DNA of 64,000 nt, filler included, from Dirinaria sp. TL-2023a (Eukaryota): the NCBI GenBank assembly GCA_051941275.1. It is 11 parts of 11 records of this genome, joined end to end, with 100 filler letters (N's around TTAATTAATTAA, not from the genome) between each part and the next. Parts side by side here need not be neighbours in the genome. Positions count along the whole stretch, not along the records: positions 35,065 to 40,799 come from JAVEBF010001596.1; positions 40,900 to 46,630 come from JAVEBF010001597.1; positions 46,731 to 52,461 come from JAVEBF010001598.1; 8 more parts are not named here. One strand, written 5' to 3'. Shown here in pieces: positions 35,065 to 47,837 of this stretch. Every line of letters starts with the position of its first letter. The stretch's first letter is position 1. A program made the position numbers and the translations under genes. The notes beneath the pieces are model-generated. The model was not told where the DNA came from. It did no database searches and worked only from the letters and a program-made list of their open reading frames with translations.

Positions 35065-37889
35065 CCCTCCCACCTCCCACAACCCCAAAATGAACCAAAA
35101 AATCCCTATCGAACCCGCCTCCCTCTTGCTCCAACATTTGCCTTAGGAACCCGGCTTGTTGCGCATTGATCTCCCCATTTCCCCTCGGTCCAGCTCTATG
35201 GCAAGCGGCTTCTAGATCGGATTGTGTAATATTGAGGCGGGTTAGCTCTGCTGCTAGCTGGCGATAGGATCCTTCATGATCACTGCATTGATGTGGGGCG
35301 GAGCAGGGCCGAGGACAGTGATGGGGCCAGTGTGCAATGCCCTATTGAGGAACGGGGTGGTGGGGTCCTAACCGAGAGGAGTTAGTTTGGGAGGAAGAAG
35401 AGAGCGATGTAAGAAGTACCGCCGCAGTGATGACAGTGGCCTGCATTTTGGAAGATGTGTGGGCCGAATGTGGGATTGTGATGAGGGTTCATGATAGACT
35501 TTGGACGACTCCAGCTAAATAAATGCCTTGTAGCCGTTGTAATCGAGTTTACTGAAGCGTCTTGCTTTTAACAGAGGCTTTGTATTGAATTCGTATCGTA
35601 GAGAAATAGAAATTGCGATTGCTTGAAGAAAGAGAAGAAGTGTCAAAGAAGACAAGCTGTTTCTGTATGATCATAAGATCATATATGGATTGGAATGTGA
35701 CTCTTCGTTCGTCTTTCTCGAAGATGACCATGAAAAGCTTTATGATTCCAGAGGTCGGGGAGTGAAAGCTCGTATGACCCAATTCCGTGTTCACCATGAC
35801 AACGAAGGATTCACTGACCAATTGATTAGAAGAAAATTATTCTCGTTCTGCGGTTTTGAAGACTTTCTGATCTTTGCTCATCCGATATTGCTGCGCTGCG
35901 GATCAAAATACATTAAGTCCAGACAATGATCGTTGTGTAAGTATATCAACCCAAAGTCATGTATACAGGGAGAGAAAAAACACAAAAAATTGAAGTCCCG
36001 CGCACAATAACACAACGTAAACATTACTCATGCCTCAAATACTACTTGATCGACGATGATTCCATGTAGCGTTTTGGGAATTAAAAAATATGAAAATCTC
36101 CCTATTTGCATGACTTTTGACGGATACTCTTACTGATCTTCAACGTGATCCGATGATCGTAAGCATCAGATTGTCGATGATGCGGATAAATCTTAGCGCA
36201 TATCTTTAAAGACAGTGATTTGCATCTCCAATGAGTCATGGGCCTTCGCTTTCGATTTTATCAGAGTACTTGGAGATGTGTATAAATAGGCTCGTTCACA
36301 CGTCCTAGACACACCACTCATAATTCTTAGCCAAACAAATCCTTTTGACAATTCAAAAACAGAGTTCTCTATCTCGTGTTACAGGCCCTCGAAGCCTAAA
36401 GCGCCAGTCTACGATCACCAGCGAAATAATCTCGCTAGAGCGCTTTTCGATTTCCATGGAATTATTCGCAGAAGACTTTCTGCTTTGAATCACAAGAACA
36501 GAGAGACCCCGCAATTCGTGCTGATGAACGGTTCCTGCGGCTGTCCAAAATATAGAGGGAGAGGAAATCTTCTTCTGAAGATTCTATAGTGAGCAGCTCT
36601 GATGTTTCGTTCGTAAGAGAAGTTGTTGTCGCAAATAGGTGACACACATAATAAATCTTATCGAGGAGCGCCCGATAAGGAATGTGCATTTTTGGAAGAT
36701 AGGGAGGATATAGACATCAGAAAACAAAGCGAGGCCATGACAAGGAGGGGATTCTGTAGATATTGTGTGACCTTGTGCTTCGTTTTAGATATGACAGAGT
36801 ATCCCAAGCTAAAAGCCTTTTCACAAGTTTGGATGACGGAGGGTACTTCTCTCAAGCCCTTGAAGCTCGATTCGTGATCGATGGGAGCGTTGTATGATGA
36901 TCAGTCGACGGAGACCCTGAGAAAATTTGAAGTATTTTGTTCATGGCTAGTAAATGACAATGCAGCCCTTACTTTAGAAATGGAAGCCTCTGACGTTTCA
37001 TATTATCCCACTGTTTCTGGCATTACCAGTGGGAATATCGGCGGCAATGCCAAAATGCTAAGCATTATGGGAACTCATAATTCTCGAACAAAGCAAGGCT
37101 TGATAGAGAAAACTTGTTATTCGGAACTCGCTCGGATCTAAGTAGCTCAGAGCTTAGCTGAGTCAGCGTCACCAAGGCCTGCCGAGGTTTTCCCAAGCCC
37201 GCCTCCGCCCAGCTTTCAAACCCTCGTCACATCGGTCTTGAATCTTCGTACTTGATTTCTTCTGTTCCAGCACGTCCTGAAACTAATGACGTGAAGATGT
37301 CGCAAAGCTGCCACAGGAAAACAAAGCAGTTCGCAGATCTCATGTGAGCATCACTGATACTTGCATTTGCTGGGTCAATATCAAGAGAATGCTGGAAACC
37401 CTCGCGTATGCAAGCAAGTGACAACGTGAAAGGCTTGCAGCAGCCAAAAATCTAGCTATTGAAGCCAAGGGTGCGAAAAGATTGAATAGCTATGCAAGAC
37501 TTGAAGGAAGATGAATGATACAGTTAAAGGTAAGTCTCAGCTCTGGAAATGTCACGCCACGAGTACGATTAGAGGATGATCTGTTACCGTTTGAGGTTTC
37601 AGTCACCCAAGATTGAAAGCCAGAGTGCACATTGAGGTTCCAGACCCATTTGCAATGTAGTTTCAGGACATGCCAGAAAGCTTCACCATACTCATGAAAT
37701 TGCTTCAGCCGGCACCTATAAGTAGCGCTTGAACAGCAGCCTACTCAATAGTGTTATTATCAAAGAATTACCATCTTCAAACCAATACACAGCATCCACT
37801 ACAACCCAAAATAGCACCAAAGCCTACTTCAACAACATTACTAACTCACCCACCAACATCTCTATCCCAACTCCAGCCTTAGAGAAGCC

Positions 37890-38876
37890 ATGTATCTGGA
37901 TGCCGCCCTCGATCCTTTGGCTGGAAGCAAGAGACCCGCCCTTCAAAGATCTTGTTTCGTTACGGACAAGCCGTCGCGCAAGAAAACTAAAAAGGAGGTA
38001 AAGTTTATTTTCGAAACGCCGGCTACCGACAGGGACAACGGAATCCAGCGAGTGCCGACTCCATTCAAGCCTATCTTCCCTCGAGGGCCTAATCACCCAC
38101 CTTACCTTACCGTTCCCGAACATAATCGTCGCACAGGGCTTTATCAAGCGAATATTAGCAAACGCCGTGCTCTCAATCAGTTGAACAGCTCTCCCACCTA
38201 TCGTAATGCTCCTCAGATCCGTCAAAGTCCTCCTACTTCAAACCACCGACTCAATAGTCACAATCTTCTTTATGAACAATGTGGCCAAGCAAGGCCCTTC
38301 GAACGTGGCTACGATGCCTTTGATCGATACCCGCAGTATGGATCGTCGCCACGGTATCCAGTGATAGTACATAATCATCATCCAGCGAAGAACGAACCAG
38401 GCCGCTACCCTAGCCGCTCGGGAGTCCCTCAGTCAGCCAAAGCTCGGTGCCAAGAATACTGTCGGGATGACCTTGGAAGGGCTTCTATTCGAGCACGACA
38501 AGAATGTCATCTCCAGCCTCGGGAGAGTCGTGGGCGAAGTCTGACACCAGTAAGGCCACTGGGAAGGCCCAGATCTGTAGTTGTTCAGAATTGTATCGAA
38601 AAACCACCTAAGTATCTACGAAGCAGAAGCAGATCACGGCACAGATATTCTTCGGAACGGGGACCACGTTACGAAACCCACTGTCCTGCTGGGCAAAGCA
38701 AGAGATCTCAACCTAGCACCTACGTCATTCGGGAGCCAGCGAACCAAGGACTCAGTCCTACGGAGCGCTGGCCAAGGTACATGAGCTCATCTAACCCCAG
38801 CTACTTGAATGGGAGCCGAGGCCTGCTTGTGACGGTGACTCGAAAAAGTCGTCTACTCCAAGGCACACAGTCATGA
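37890..38876 (+). CDS. Hypothetical R/S/P-rich disordered protein
   Basis: 328-codon ATG-started ORF with RSRSRSR and RGRS motifs; no globular domain recognised. Confidence 0.55.
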   Translation: MYLDAALDPLAGSKRPALQRSCFVTDKPSRKKTKKEVKFIFETPATDRDNGIQRVPTPFKPIFPRGPNHPPYLTVPEHNRRTGLYQANISKRRALNQLNSSPTYRNAPQIRQSPPTSNHRLNSHNLLYEQCGQARPFERGYDAFDRYPQYGSSPRYPVIVHNHHPAKNEPGRYPSRSGVPQSAKARCQEYCRDDLGRASIRARQECHLQPRESRGRSLTPVRPLGRPRSVVVQNCIEKPPKYLRSRSRSRHRYSSERGPRYETHCPAGQSKRSQPSTYVIREPANQGLSPTERWPRYMSSSNPSYLNGSRGLLVTVTRKSRLLQGTQS

Positions 38877-40427
38877 CAATACCGAGGACTCGAAACTCCG
38901 TTTCAGGAATCCATCGTCAAACCTCGCCAGCACGCTATTATGAAACTGGTCGGAGGCGCTTCTGAGAGCGATGTGAAGAAGGTGAACGGGTTCCATGAAC
39001 AAGCCTTGATGGCTGTTCCAAATTTTCAATGTTTGATTATAATAAATCACAATGATTGTCTATATGAATTTCCGTAATGTGTCTTCATACTTCAACCTCT
39101 TTTGTAGCACTGCTTCCTCTACTTGCAAGGCTGTGTAGATGCTGCACGTCTGCGCGTACTGCAGGGAGAAATGATTCTTATCACTATGTTTCAATAAAGA
39201 TGTTTGAGGCTGATGAGACCAAGACGCTCTGGCCTGCCATTACTCTATTCTCTTCTCCTTAGCTTCGTTGCTTGGCTCGCCGCTTGAAACCGTTTGATAG
39301 TTTAACTCTTGGGACAACAAACCCCTGGAAATTTATCGGCTTGATAAATCTTTGTAATGCAAAGCAACTCGCGCTTGGTATGCCTCGATCTGAAAACCTT
39401 CGTTACATAGTAGATCGTTCAGTTCATTGGGCAATCTTCCTTCCACTGTTTTAATTATCTTCAATTTTGAGAGAACCTGCGAATCACTACAGTAAGCTAG
39501 CTAGCTCTCACCACGAGTTCATTGCTCGAATTGCCGCTTGGTTGATATCGAATACTGATCGCGAATTAGTCCTCAACAGTCTTCAAAAGCTGTTTGAGAC
39601 GTGAAAACTTTTCGAAATGTTCGGTACACTTCTGATTCAGAATTCAGTGGTACTGGGCTGATTTGCTTGTGAAATACGAAGGGAGTAGATTGGACTTTAT
39701 GTATTCTGCATTTGCTATTTTACAAGTCAATACATTAATGTCAGTTTTGTTCATACTGTTTATGACGCTTCTTTGAAAGATGCTTAAAAATGCAAGCTCA
39801 TCTTATGAAGCAATAACTTTTACAAGAGCAATTTTTGATGGGAAAACTAACTCTGCAATTAATTATTTCACAGCTGTATCATGTCACACAAAAGATTCTT
39901 CTATCTCGAATTTCGAAACCGGCTGAAATAATTTGAACTGTGGAATCTCGAGAATGTTTTTTTGGACAAGCGGATCAGAAACTAGCTTTAGACATAAGAT
40001 GATAGACCTTTGTTCTCTTTGATTAAGCACAAGATGGAGAAGTCTAAACGTATATCACAGCTTTGTGAGTATCTTGATGTCATTGTTTGACTTAAGTCTC
40101 ATCATTTTTGAACAACAGACGATACTCTGAAAACGTCCATGCTCATTGACGTCACAACACTCGTCAAGCGAGTGTTATCAGACAAAAACTCCAGTGCACT
40201 GTGATTCATAACAAGTGACGTAGTGTCAACAAATCATTTTCCTAAATCCCAGTTCACATGACGCGCCACCTCAGTTGCCTCAAACTCTCTCATCCTCTCT
40301 CCCTCCCTCCCATCCCAAAATCCCATCTCCAAACCCGTACCACAAAGCCACTCATCCAACCCACTTTCCCCATCAACCAACCAACAACCACCACAACAAC
40401 ACTCAAAATCCGCCTTCACCAGCTCCC

Positions 40428-40690
40428 ATGGAAACCCACGAAGCAGCGAACAAGCGGGAGGAACTAAACAACCAGATGACAACGATGACCAACGAGCTGA
40501 ACCGAGTCTTGCTACAAGTGGCCGATACACGATCCAAAGTCGAGGCGTATATGGAACTCTCGAGGCCCAGGTGGTAGGAAAGGTACGCGAGCTCCTGGCG
40601 AAGATGGCCCGCAAACTTGAGGAGGCGCAGGAGCAGCAGCAGCAGCAGCAGGGCAAGGAAAGGGGGGAGCAGACTCGGGCTTTGCTGTAA
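40428..40690 (+). CDS. Small coiled-coil protein with an apparent 1-nt frameshift near 40555 and a (CAG)n polyQ run
   Basis: METHEAANKREELNNQM...VEAYME continues in another frame as TLEAQVVGKVRELLAKMARKLEEAQEQQQQQQ; one extra A would join them. Confidence 0.4.
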
Positions 40691-40799
40691 TTGTAGCTAA
40701 GGGGTAAGACTCTTGTTCTACGGGTTTGGACATGGGGCTGACTCTTTCTTCTTTTTCAGCAATGGCGCGAAGGCGCGATGGGTTGGTAGGAGGGGGGGG

Positions 40800-40899
40800 N
40801 NNNNNNNNNNNNNNNNNNNNNNNNNNNNNNNNNNNNNNNNNNNTTAATTAATTAANNNNNNNNNNNNNNNNNNNNNNNNNNNNNNNNNNNNNNNNNNNN
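40800..40899. other. Artificial contig linker
   Basis: N44-TTAATTAATTAA-N44. Confidence 0.99.
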
Positions 40900-41273
40900 G
40901 GGTTTTGACTGGGTTTGGATGGGGATTTGACTGGGGTTTGATTATTCGCTGCCTTCGATTTGTTAATTAGTTGATTTTTTGGAGGAGGGGGGGGATATCA
41001 CTCGTTCCTATCATCTATCAAAATCCCTTCTCAACTCCATACTCCAGTTCTAAAAATCAAAATTCTCAAACCCTATCTTTTCCTAGTGTCTTTTAACGAC
41101 TTAACGATTTCTCGATTTGAATAGTATCACTTTGCGTGGGAAATCGATCCATCGGGAGTTCGTGAATTCGTGATTTTGAACTTAAAATTTCTTTTTTTGA
41201 GAAAAAAGAAGAAAGATGAATATGATAGAGATTCTGAGTGAGAGAGTAAATAAATCGAAGAGAAATGTTTAAT

Positions 41274-42335
41274 TTAAGAGATAAGCAGAATCGCTGGATC
41301 TACCCACGATAGCCAGAATCCAACCTTTGCTGGCAACATGATACCATTGACAAGGCCATTGATCGTGGAGACGAGCGCGACGCTTCGGATCTCACTCAAA
41401 GGCGGTACTTTTCCCTCGATAACACGAAGGCTCGAGACTTCCAGCTGTACGAGGGCGATCTTATTTCGACGATCCTGCGGGCAACCCTGGGTTGCCCTGA
41501 GGGCGTTGGCCCAAACTTCGGCCATTTCCGGGCCCATGTCGGTAGGCTTGTCGTCGAGGTCGACTGTTGAATGGTCCCAAAACCTGGTGTTGTACGTCCG
41601 TCCTTCGGGAGTTTCGTTCACCACGTTGATCTCGATCTGGATCGAAAATCGATATATCTCACTCGGGTCCGGGTGCTGCGGGCGCTCCTCATCCTGCTTG
41701 GTCTTGTGGATTCGGAAGGTGATCAAGAGATGCGGCAGACCCATTCTGCCTGCGTCCATCCTCACCGTGATCGCATAGCCTTTTGGATTGGCGAAGGCAC
41801 ATCCGATCATTGGCAAACGATTGACTTGCAAAGCCGCTCTTTGGGCGCTCTTCATGGCTTTCAAGTCCTTGTATGCAGGATAGAACCCCGTGGGTGGGAC
41901 TGGTGCTGGGGCCGAGAGTTGTTACCACGGCAGTCTTCTCGGCCTCCACTCTTGCTTTCTTGGCTCTCCTGTATGCTAAGAAGGCATTTTTGGCAATTTG
42001 TATTTCGTTATAGCTTAGAAGAGGGGTAGGATTGCCCGCTGGAATCCCCTGGGAGCTGCCCGAGTGTGTGCGAGGCCGCTTTCGGCGACCCACGGTTTGC
42101 CACTCCGATGCGGCCTGGGGTGGTCCGGCGCGGGTTGGGCCGGCCCGGGGCGGTCCAGCCCCGGGAAGGGTGTCAGTTAAAGCACCCAGGTCGTACTGGG
42201 CACCTGGGGTGTCCTGTTGCCCTGCTTGCGCAGGGTTGCTGGACGTGCCGGCGGCAGCAGTGCTGCCAGTGGTAGAAACATTGCCCTCGTCATGCGAGGG
42301 TTGCTTCGCCAAAGAAGTTGGGGGGGGGATGACAT
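41274..42335 (-). pseudogene. Hypothetical gene with frameshifts near G-runs (about 42325 and 41910); 3' part degrades into AT-rich sequence
   Basis: ORF 42312-41689 (disordered, SEWQTVGRRKRPR) overlaps ORF 41864-41274 (globular) in another frame. Confidence 0.5.
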
Positions 42336-43313
42336 TTAGAAGCCGGCAGACTATTGTCTACACGGTTTGCAAAAGCACTGCCGAGAAGCCCGGACAGGCT
42401 CTTCCCGAACACTCGAAAGTGAACGGATGACCACCCGAAGATGATCAGACCACCCGAAGGTGATCGAACGGTCCAAAAGGACCGAAACCCACAGTACCAC
42501 CTCTAGCCCCTTAGGGGCAAAGTTGTCGACAAAATATGCTTTCAAGTGACTGAAGATAGAGCGCTTGAGTCTCGAAAGCTTATGGGGAAGGAAAAAGAAG
42601 AAGAAGAAGAAGAAGTGAGCAAGATCGAGCCTGTTATGTGGGATGGCGCGCCGCGCTAACCGCCGCGCTAACCGGCTCGCTTAACAACCTCGCTTGACAA
42701 GTGTCACGTGAAAAGCCCTAACTACCTCAACTAGGTACCTTACATTACCTTACATATGGCGACAGCTTGGTTGAAAATACAACACGCTGTACTCAAGAGA
42801 CTACGATATGTCTGGCAAGGCAACAACGGTGCGACGCTTCAGGAAGTCCTCTTATTCCCACGTGAAAGCACACTAGCAACAGTTGCTTTCTCAGGTCTCT
42901 GACTCGCCGTGTCTGGCCTGACACAACACCAACCATTTTTCGAATCGGAAGAAATACCCGGTTTTCGACGATGGCAAAGAAAGGGCTAGGCAAGGACAGA
43001 GGATCGGAATTGAACCTCCAGTTGCGTATGACGTGGCGAGTTTCTTCGGGCCCGAATCATCCGGTCTACCGTACCGTATTGTATTATAGAGTACAGCAGG
43101 TAGGTAGGTATATAGGCTGGAAAAAAGTCCATTTTATTCTAGTAAAGCTACCGTCCCAAGCACGCTTGAGATTTGTACTATATACACCCCAGTTTTTCTC
43201 CGGACCATTTAGTGGCTTGCTCAACTACCGTCGACTAGTTGAGCTTTCCATTTCGCTCTTCGGAGCCATCGCCTACTCGAATCAGAGATTCGGTAGTTCT
43301 AAATTTCACAACC

Positions 43314-45272
43314 ATGTCCAATCCTCACTCTCCACCTGCAAACGTAGGCAGAAAACGCAAGAGGAACGTCGTTGACTCAAGTCCACCCTCCGAGCCTGCA
43401 GAACCGATCGCCGTTGATCCGCAGTCGACGCAACAGCTGTTCGAGCGCGTTGTGAGCAATGGTCTGTGGCAAGCACACGAGGACGATCCGGATCTCGATT
43501 GGCGCACCCATGATCGAGTGGACGACGACGATGACAACGAGGAAAGAAGCGAAGAAGGAGGAGATAACGACGGAGACGAAGACGAAGATGTCCAAGCCTC
43601 TAGTCATCGTGGTCAGACTCCTCAGCAGTTCGTGTTGCCCGCAAAGATCCAGCAGGTCGAGCGTAATCCGCACGGCCAACAGGCAACCGCCATTCACCAG
43701 ATATACAAAGACTTTGTCAAGGACCTAGGCCAACGCACGGGTATCTCGCGAGAAGCAGCGGAATACACGATTCGAGGTCTACCCTCCGTAGTCGTGAAGC
43801 TTAGCAGTATCCAGCTAGATACTTGGTGCGAGGAGGGAGCAGATCTGGCCCCCTATTCCCTTGGGCTCGTCGTGCACGTTTGGTTGCTGGTCTGCTTCAA
43901 GATGCTGACTGGCGATGTTTACGCAGAAACAAAGTCCCTGTCCACCCAGATCGCGTCCTATTTCCTTGCCGCCTGTGCCATTGTCGAAGATGGGTTGACT
44001 ATCGACAGAGGCGAGTTCAAATTCGCCGTGGAACACTGGGAGGATCGACTGCGAAGTCAAGGCGGTGATCGTTCATGGTTGCAACAAAACCTGTTGCATG
44101 GCATCGACGGCCCAGACCTTGACGCTCCTTGCTTCCGCAATGAGGTTGCCAGCGAGTACCTAAAGGTGCTGGACCAACAAGGCTTGATTTATTTCGCCCT
44201 ACATGTCCTCGGAAAAGAATGCAGCCGGATGGAAAAAGAGACCCAAGATGCTGCTCTGCGAGCGGTGCTGCAGCAAATGTCGGGCTCGAAGGCGGTCTTG
44301 AATTCGTTGGTGATGATGTTGTTCTCCGTCGGCACCGAGATGCTCAAGGCCATCATAGAAGGGCAGCTGCAGCGCAAGAGCAAGCTCTTCCACACCGACA
44401 TCTACAACGCCGTTCGTCGCACTCGGAGGGATATGCCGGGGTGTTATATGAACAGCATCTGTGACGCTCAGGGCAACTCTCCAACTCCGTCGCAATGGAA
44501 CAAAGTCTGCAACACGATGCTGGAATACGTCGACGATTCGCCGAGCAGGCAAGACGCGTTGGCAGCCGATATCGATCAATTGATATACCCAAGCACCATG
44601 TGGCCCGCTACACTGGCCGACAAAGGCTTGCGGAGGTATACCGAGTGGAGGTCTTACTTGACAGACGAAAGTCCATCCCCATCCAGCAGGCGGCGAAAAA
44701 TGGTCCGGTTTTTCGTTTCGGAGCTCGTCCAGCGTCTTTCAGGTGAGCCAGGATTGCATACTCCGCTGAGCGCACCCGTCGTCGAGGTCGGTTTCTCCAC
44801 CCGCCCGGGCCACAGACTCCGGGAGCACCGGCGTCACTTCAACTCGAATTACCTCATGAATCTCGCCGAGGCCTGCTTCGAATACGTCTAGCCGGGGATG
44901 TTCAAGCTCCAGCAGGATGTTGTTTACACCTGTTGGCAACCCGAGCAATGCTGGTTGAGCGAGATGTTCATCACGCTATTGGCTCAGGAATACGTCGAAG
45001 GGGGAGGTGGGTTCAGCCATTATCCGGCAGGGCTTTCAAATGGCGGCGCATACCGCAACTTGCCAACCACGACTTGGGACTTGTTGCAAGCGGACGTCCT
45101 TACATCGGAATTCGAGAAGGGTTTTGCGGATGCGGTTGAGAAAGATAAAAAGGCTCGGGAACACAGGGCGCAGATGGTGGCAATGCAGGAATTTGTGGAT
45201 GCTCTGGCATCGGTCTACGACGAGATGGCTCTGGTACAAGCTCAGCTCGAAGCACGGGCTACGGGTGATTGA
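43314..45272 (+). pseudogene. Intronless protein (about 650 codons) with a putative divergent GIY-YIG-like C-terminal domain; one in-frame TAG at 44889-44891
   Basis: ORFs 43239-44891 and 44898-45272 are in the same frame. NLS-like RKRKR, acidic tract, then PGCYMNS...EVGFS...RLREH...SE...GGGF..YPAG. Confidence 0.55.
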
Positions 45273-46630
45273 AATGTGGTGTCTCGTTTAGCACCTGGGG
45301 AGTCCAAGGAGAGGGTGCGCAATAGATACCAACCCATTACTCTTTTGTTAGGTGTTCCGAGTGCTTTCAGTGTGCATTGTCCTCGAATCAACTCCAATCG
45401 CTCTCTCTCCGTGAATATGCCTATCATAAGAGCGTTTACCATCCTATGCTCCCACCGATCGGGAACCAGATTACCATGGGCAAAAGACCCGAAATCTCAC
45501 GCAACTCAATCCGCCCCTGTTTAGCTTTCCCCTTCGCTGCGTCTACTTCCTCAGTCCCTGACAGAGACTAGGAAGTCTTCGCTTGCCTTCTCGCGTCGAG
45601 TGAAGGCGCGGCCGACAGCTATGGGGTAGGGAACTTGCCCTTGGCCTGGGCGCCGAAGGGACCAGCACCGGAGCCGCCTTCTGACATTGTGGGAAGGGTT
45701 TGCAACGCTACTGTGAGAAACATGGCCATGGAAGAGAAGAACATTGTTTCAGAGGGTATTAATGGGTTTGAGTGCCATCGCTCTCTGGATAGCTATGTAG
45801 CTAGCATACGCTAATCTGTGTACACGTCTCAGGACGGAGATGGTTGCCTCGAGACGGAGGAGGTGGCGACGACGACGACGGTGACGGCGCTGAAGTAGCT
45901 CCAGTTCTGATTGAGCGTCGAGAGCGTTCAGAAAGTAAGAGAGCCGAGCATGGGTCATGCATAGAGGGGAGAAAAGTAAACAAAAATTTCCAAGTCCCGC
46001 ACACACAGATGGTTAGGTACCTTAGATCTGCCGTCTAACCCTGAATTTTCCTAGGGTTCCGGGACTCGGTCACAAAGAAAAATCTTCCCTCTAAGCATGA
46101 TCCATGCTCGGTTCTCTTACAAACGACAAGAACTTCAATGCCAAAACCGCCTGCAGGTCTTTTGGTGAAGACACGAGATACGAACGTATTCCCTACTCCA
46201 AACATGTCCTAACATTGCTGAAATGATGCAAAGCGTATTCATTTGAAGCGCTGGTTTGCAGGCCGCGAACACAGCCCAAAACAAGAATTCTTGTGATCTG
46301 GCTTCTGTCCCTTGGGAGTCTAGTAAGGAAAATATTCAACAGTCGCATACCGCGCAGTGCTTCCCGCGACCTCGTATGTTGACGGCCGAGAACTTCAAAG
46401 CACTGCCACCTAAAAACCCGCGGAATCCGTATTATTTTCATCATGAAGCGGCGGCGCGGTTTGAAGTCGAGGCCGAGATATTTGCGCATACGGATCGGCT
46501 AACTGCAAAACTAACCATAGAGATTGCACCTCGAGAACGCGCATCATACCGCGTTTTTGTTGATTATAAAATGTCCTGCTCTGCTGTTTACGTCGCATTT
46601 TTTCTTTAGGGATTGATCGCTTCGCTTTTC

Positions 46631-46730
46631 NNNNNNNNNNNNNNNNNNNNNNNNNNNNNNNNNNNNNNNNNNNNTTAATTAATTAANNNNNNNNNNNNNN
46701 NNNNNNNNNNNNNNNNNNNNNNNNNNNNNN
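46631..46730. other. Artificial contig linker
   Basis: N44-TTAATTAATTAA-N44. Confidence 0.99.
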
Positions 46731-47837
46731 GACTATTCGCGATTTGCTCACTTGCGACGAAAAGCAAACTCAGTGGTGTGGTACGACTCGAAAGGAAACT
46801 GACTAGGATTCGCTACATTCCATCAACTCCTTGTGAAAGTCAAGCGCACTGAGGCCTAGATTGACCGCTCGGAAACAGATACTCAACAGGACTAGCCAAA
46901 GCCATCCCCTTGAATAATCCAGGCTAAATGCGTAGGTTGTTTTTAGTATTATCATACTTCAACGCTCTTTTGAAAGCATATACCTATATAGTCGGCCAAT
47001 TGTATCTGTGATTGAGTCAATTTCGTTCTTGAAATTAGGGCTAGAAGACGTAAGCCTAACGCAGCGTACTGATAGCTCCTAGCCGGATCAATTTACGCCT
47101 ACACGTCGATATTGATACGCTTTGAGATCAAGGTCTTGCAAAGACCAATTAGTGTGAGAGCGCGCATATCTATTAGTCGGTATAGGCCTTGATTACTCTA
47201 ACGACCGCATAAAAGCTCTCCCTGTGACGAGGAACCGTGGAAGCACGACCGAAATAAGTCTCCAGTCCACTAGATCTAGGAGCCGGAACGCGGAAACATT
47301 TTGGGATCATCCTTTCCTTGGACGCCACTCAGATGTCATGTACGAGGCATCTTCCTTCGTCTGCACTCACCAACAAGTCTCGCATATTTTGAATATTGAG
47401 CAATGAAGTCTAGAGATCTATGCATTGCTACCTAAGCAGAATCCGAGTTTAATTCCCGGGGTTTGTGTGCAAAATCCGATTTTCAAATCTCGGAATTTGC
47501 ATGCATGAAACAGAGTCCGTGAGGAGTGCTAGAGCGAGACTGATGGGCATTATGGGTTGGTAATGTACCTCCGACAAATAGTTCGTGCCGCTTGCAAGAG
47601 ATTACGATTAGCAAGGACTCCTATGTCAGCACTTTATGGGATGGATTACAAAGGTATTGTGTGCGGATTTCCTGGAGTGATCCGCGTATGGAAGGATTCG
47701 GAGTCTTATAGAACCCCAGCGCCACATTCCAAACGGGTCCGATTTGGCTATGCTGAGAACTTGTCAGAGTCCACTGTGGCACCCCCCTTCAATTGATTGA
47801 TATTCATATTACAACCGCAGCTCAGAGGTAGAGCAAG

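Noticed and set aside
40540..40570. Programmed ribosomal frameshift in the small coiled-coil ORF
   Set aside because: No slippery heptamer; a one-base indel error or mutation is simpler.
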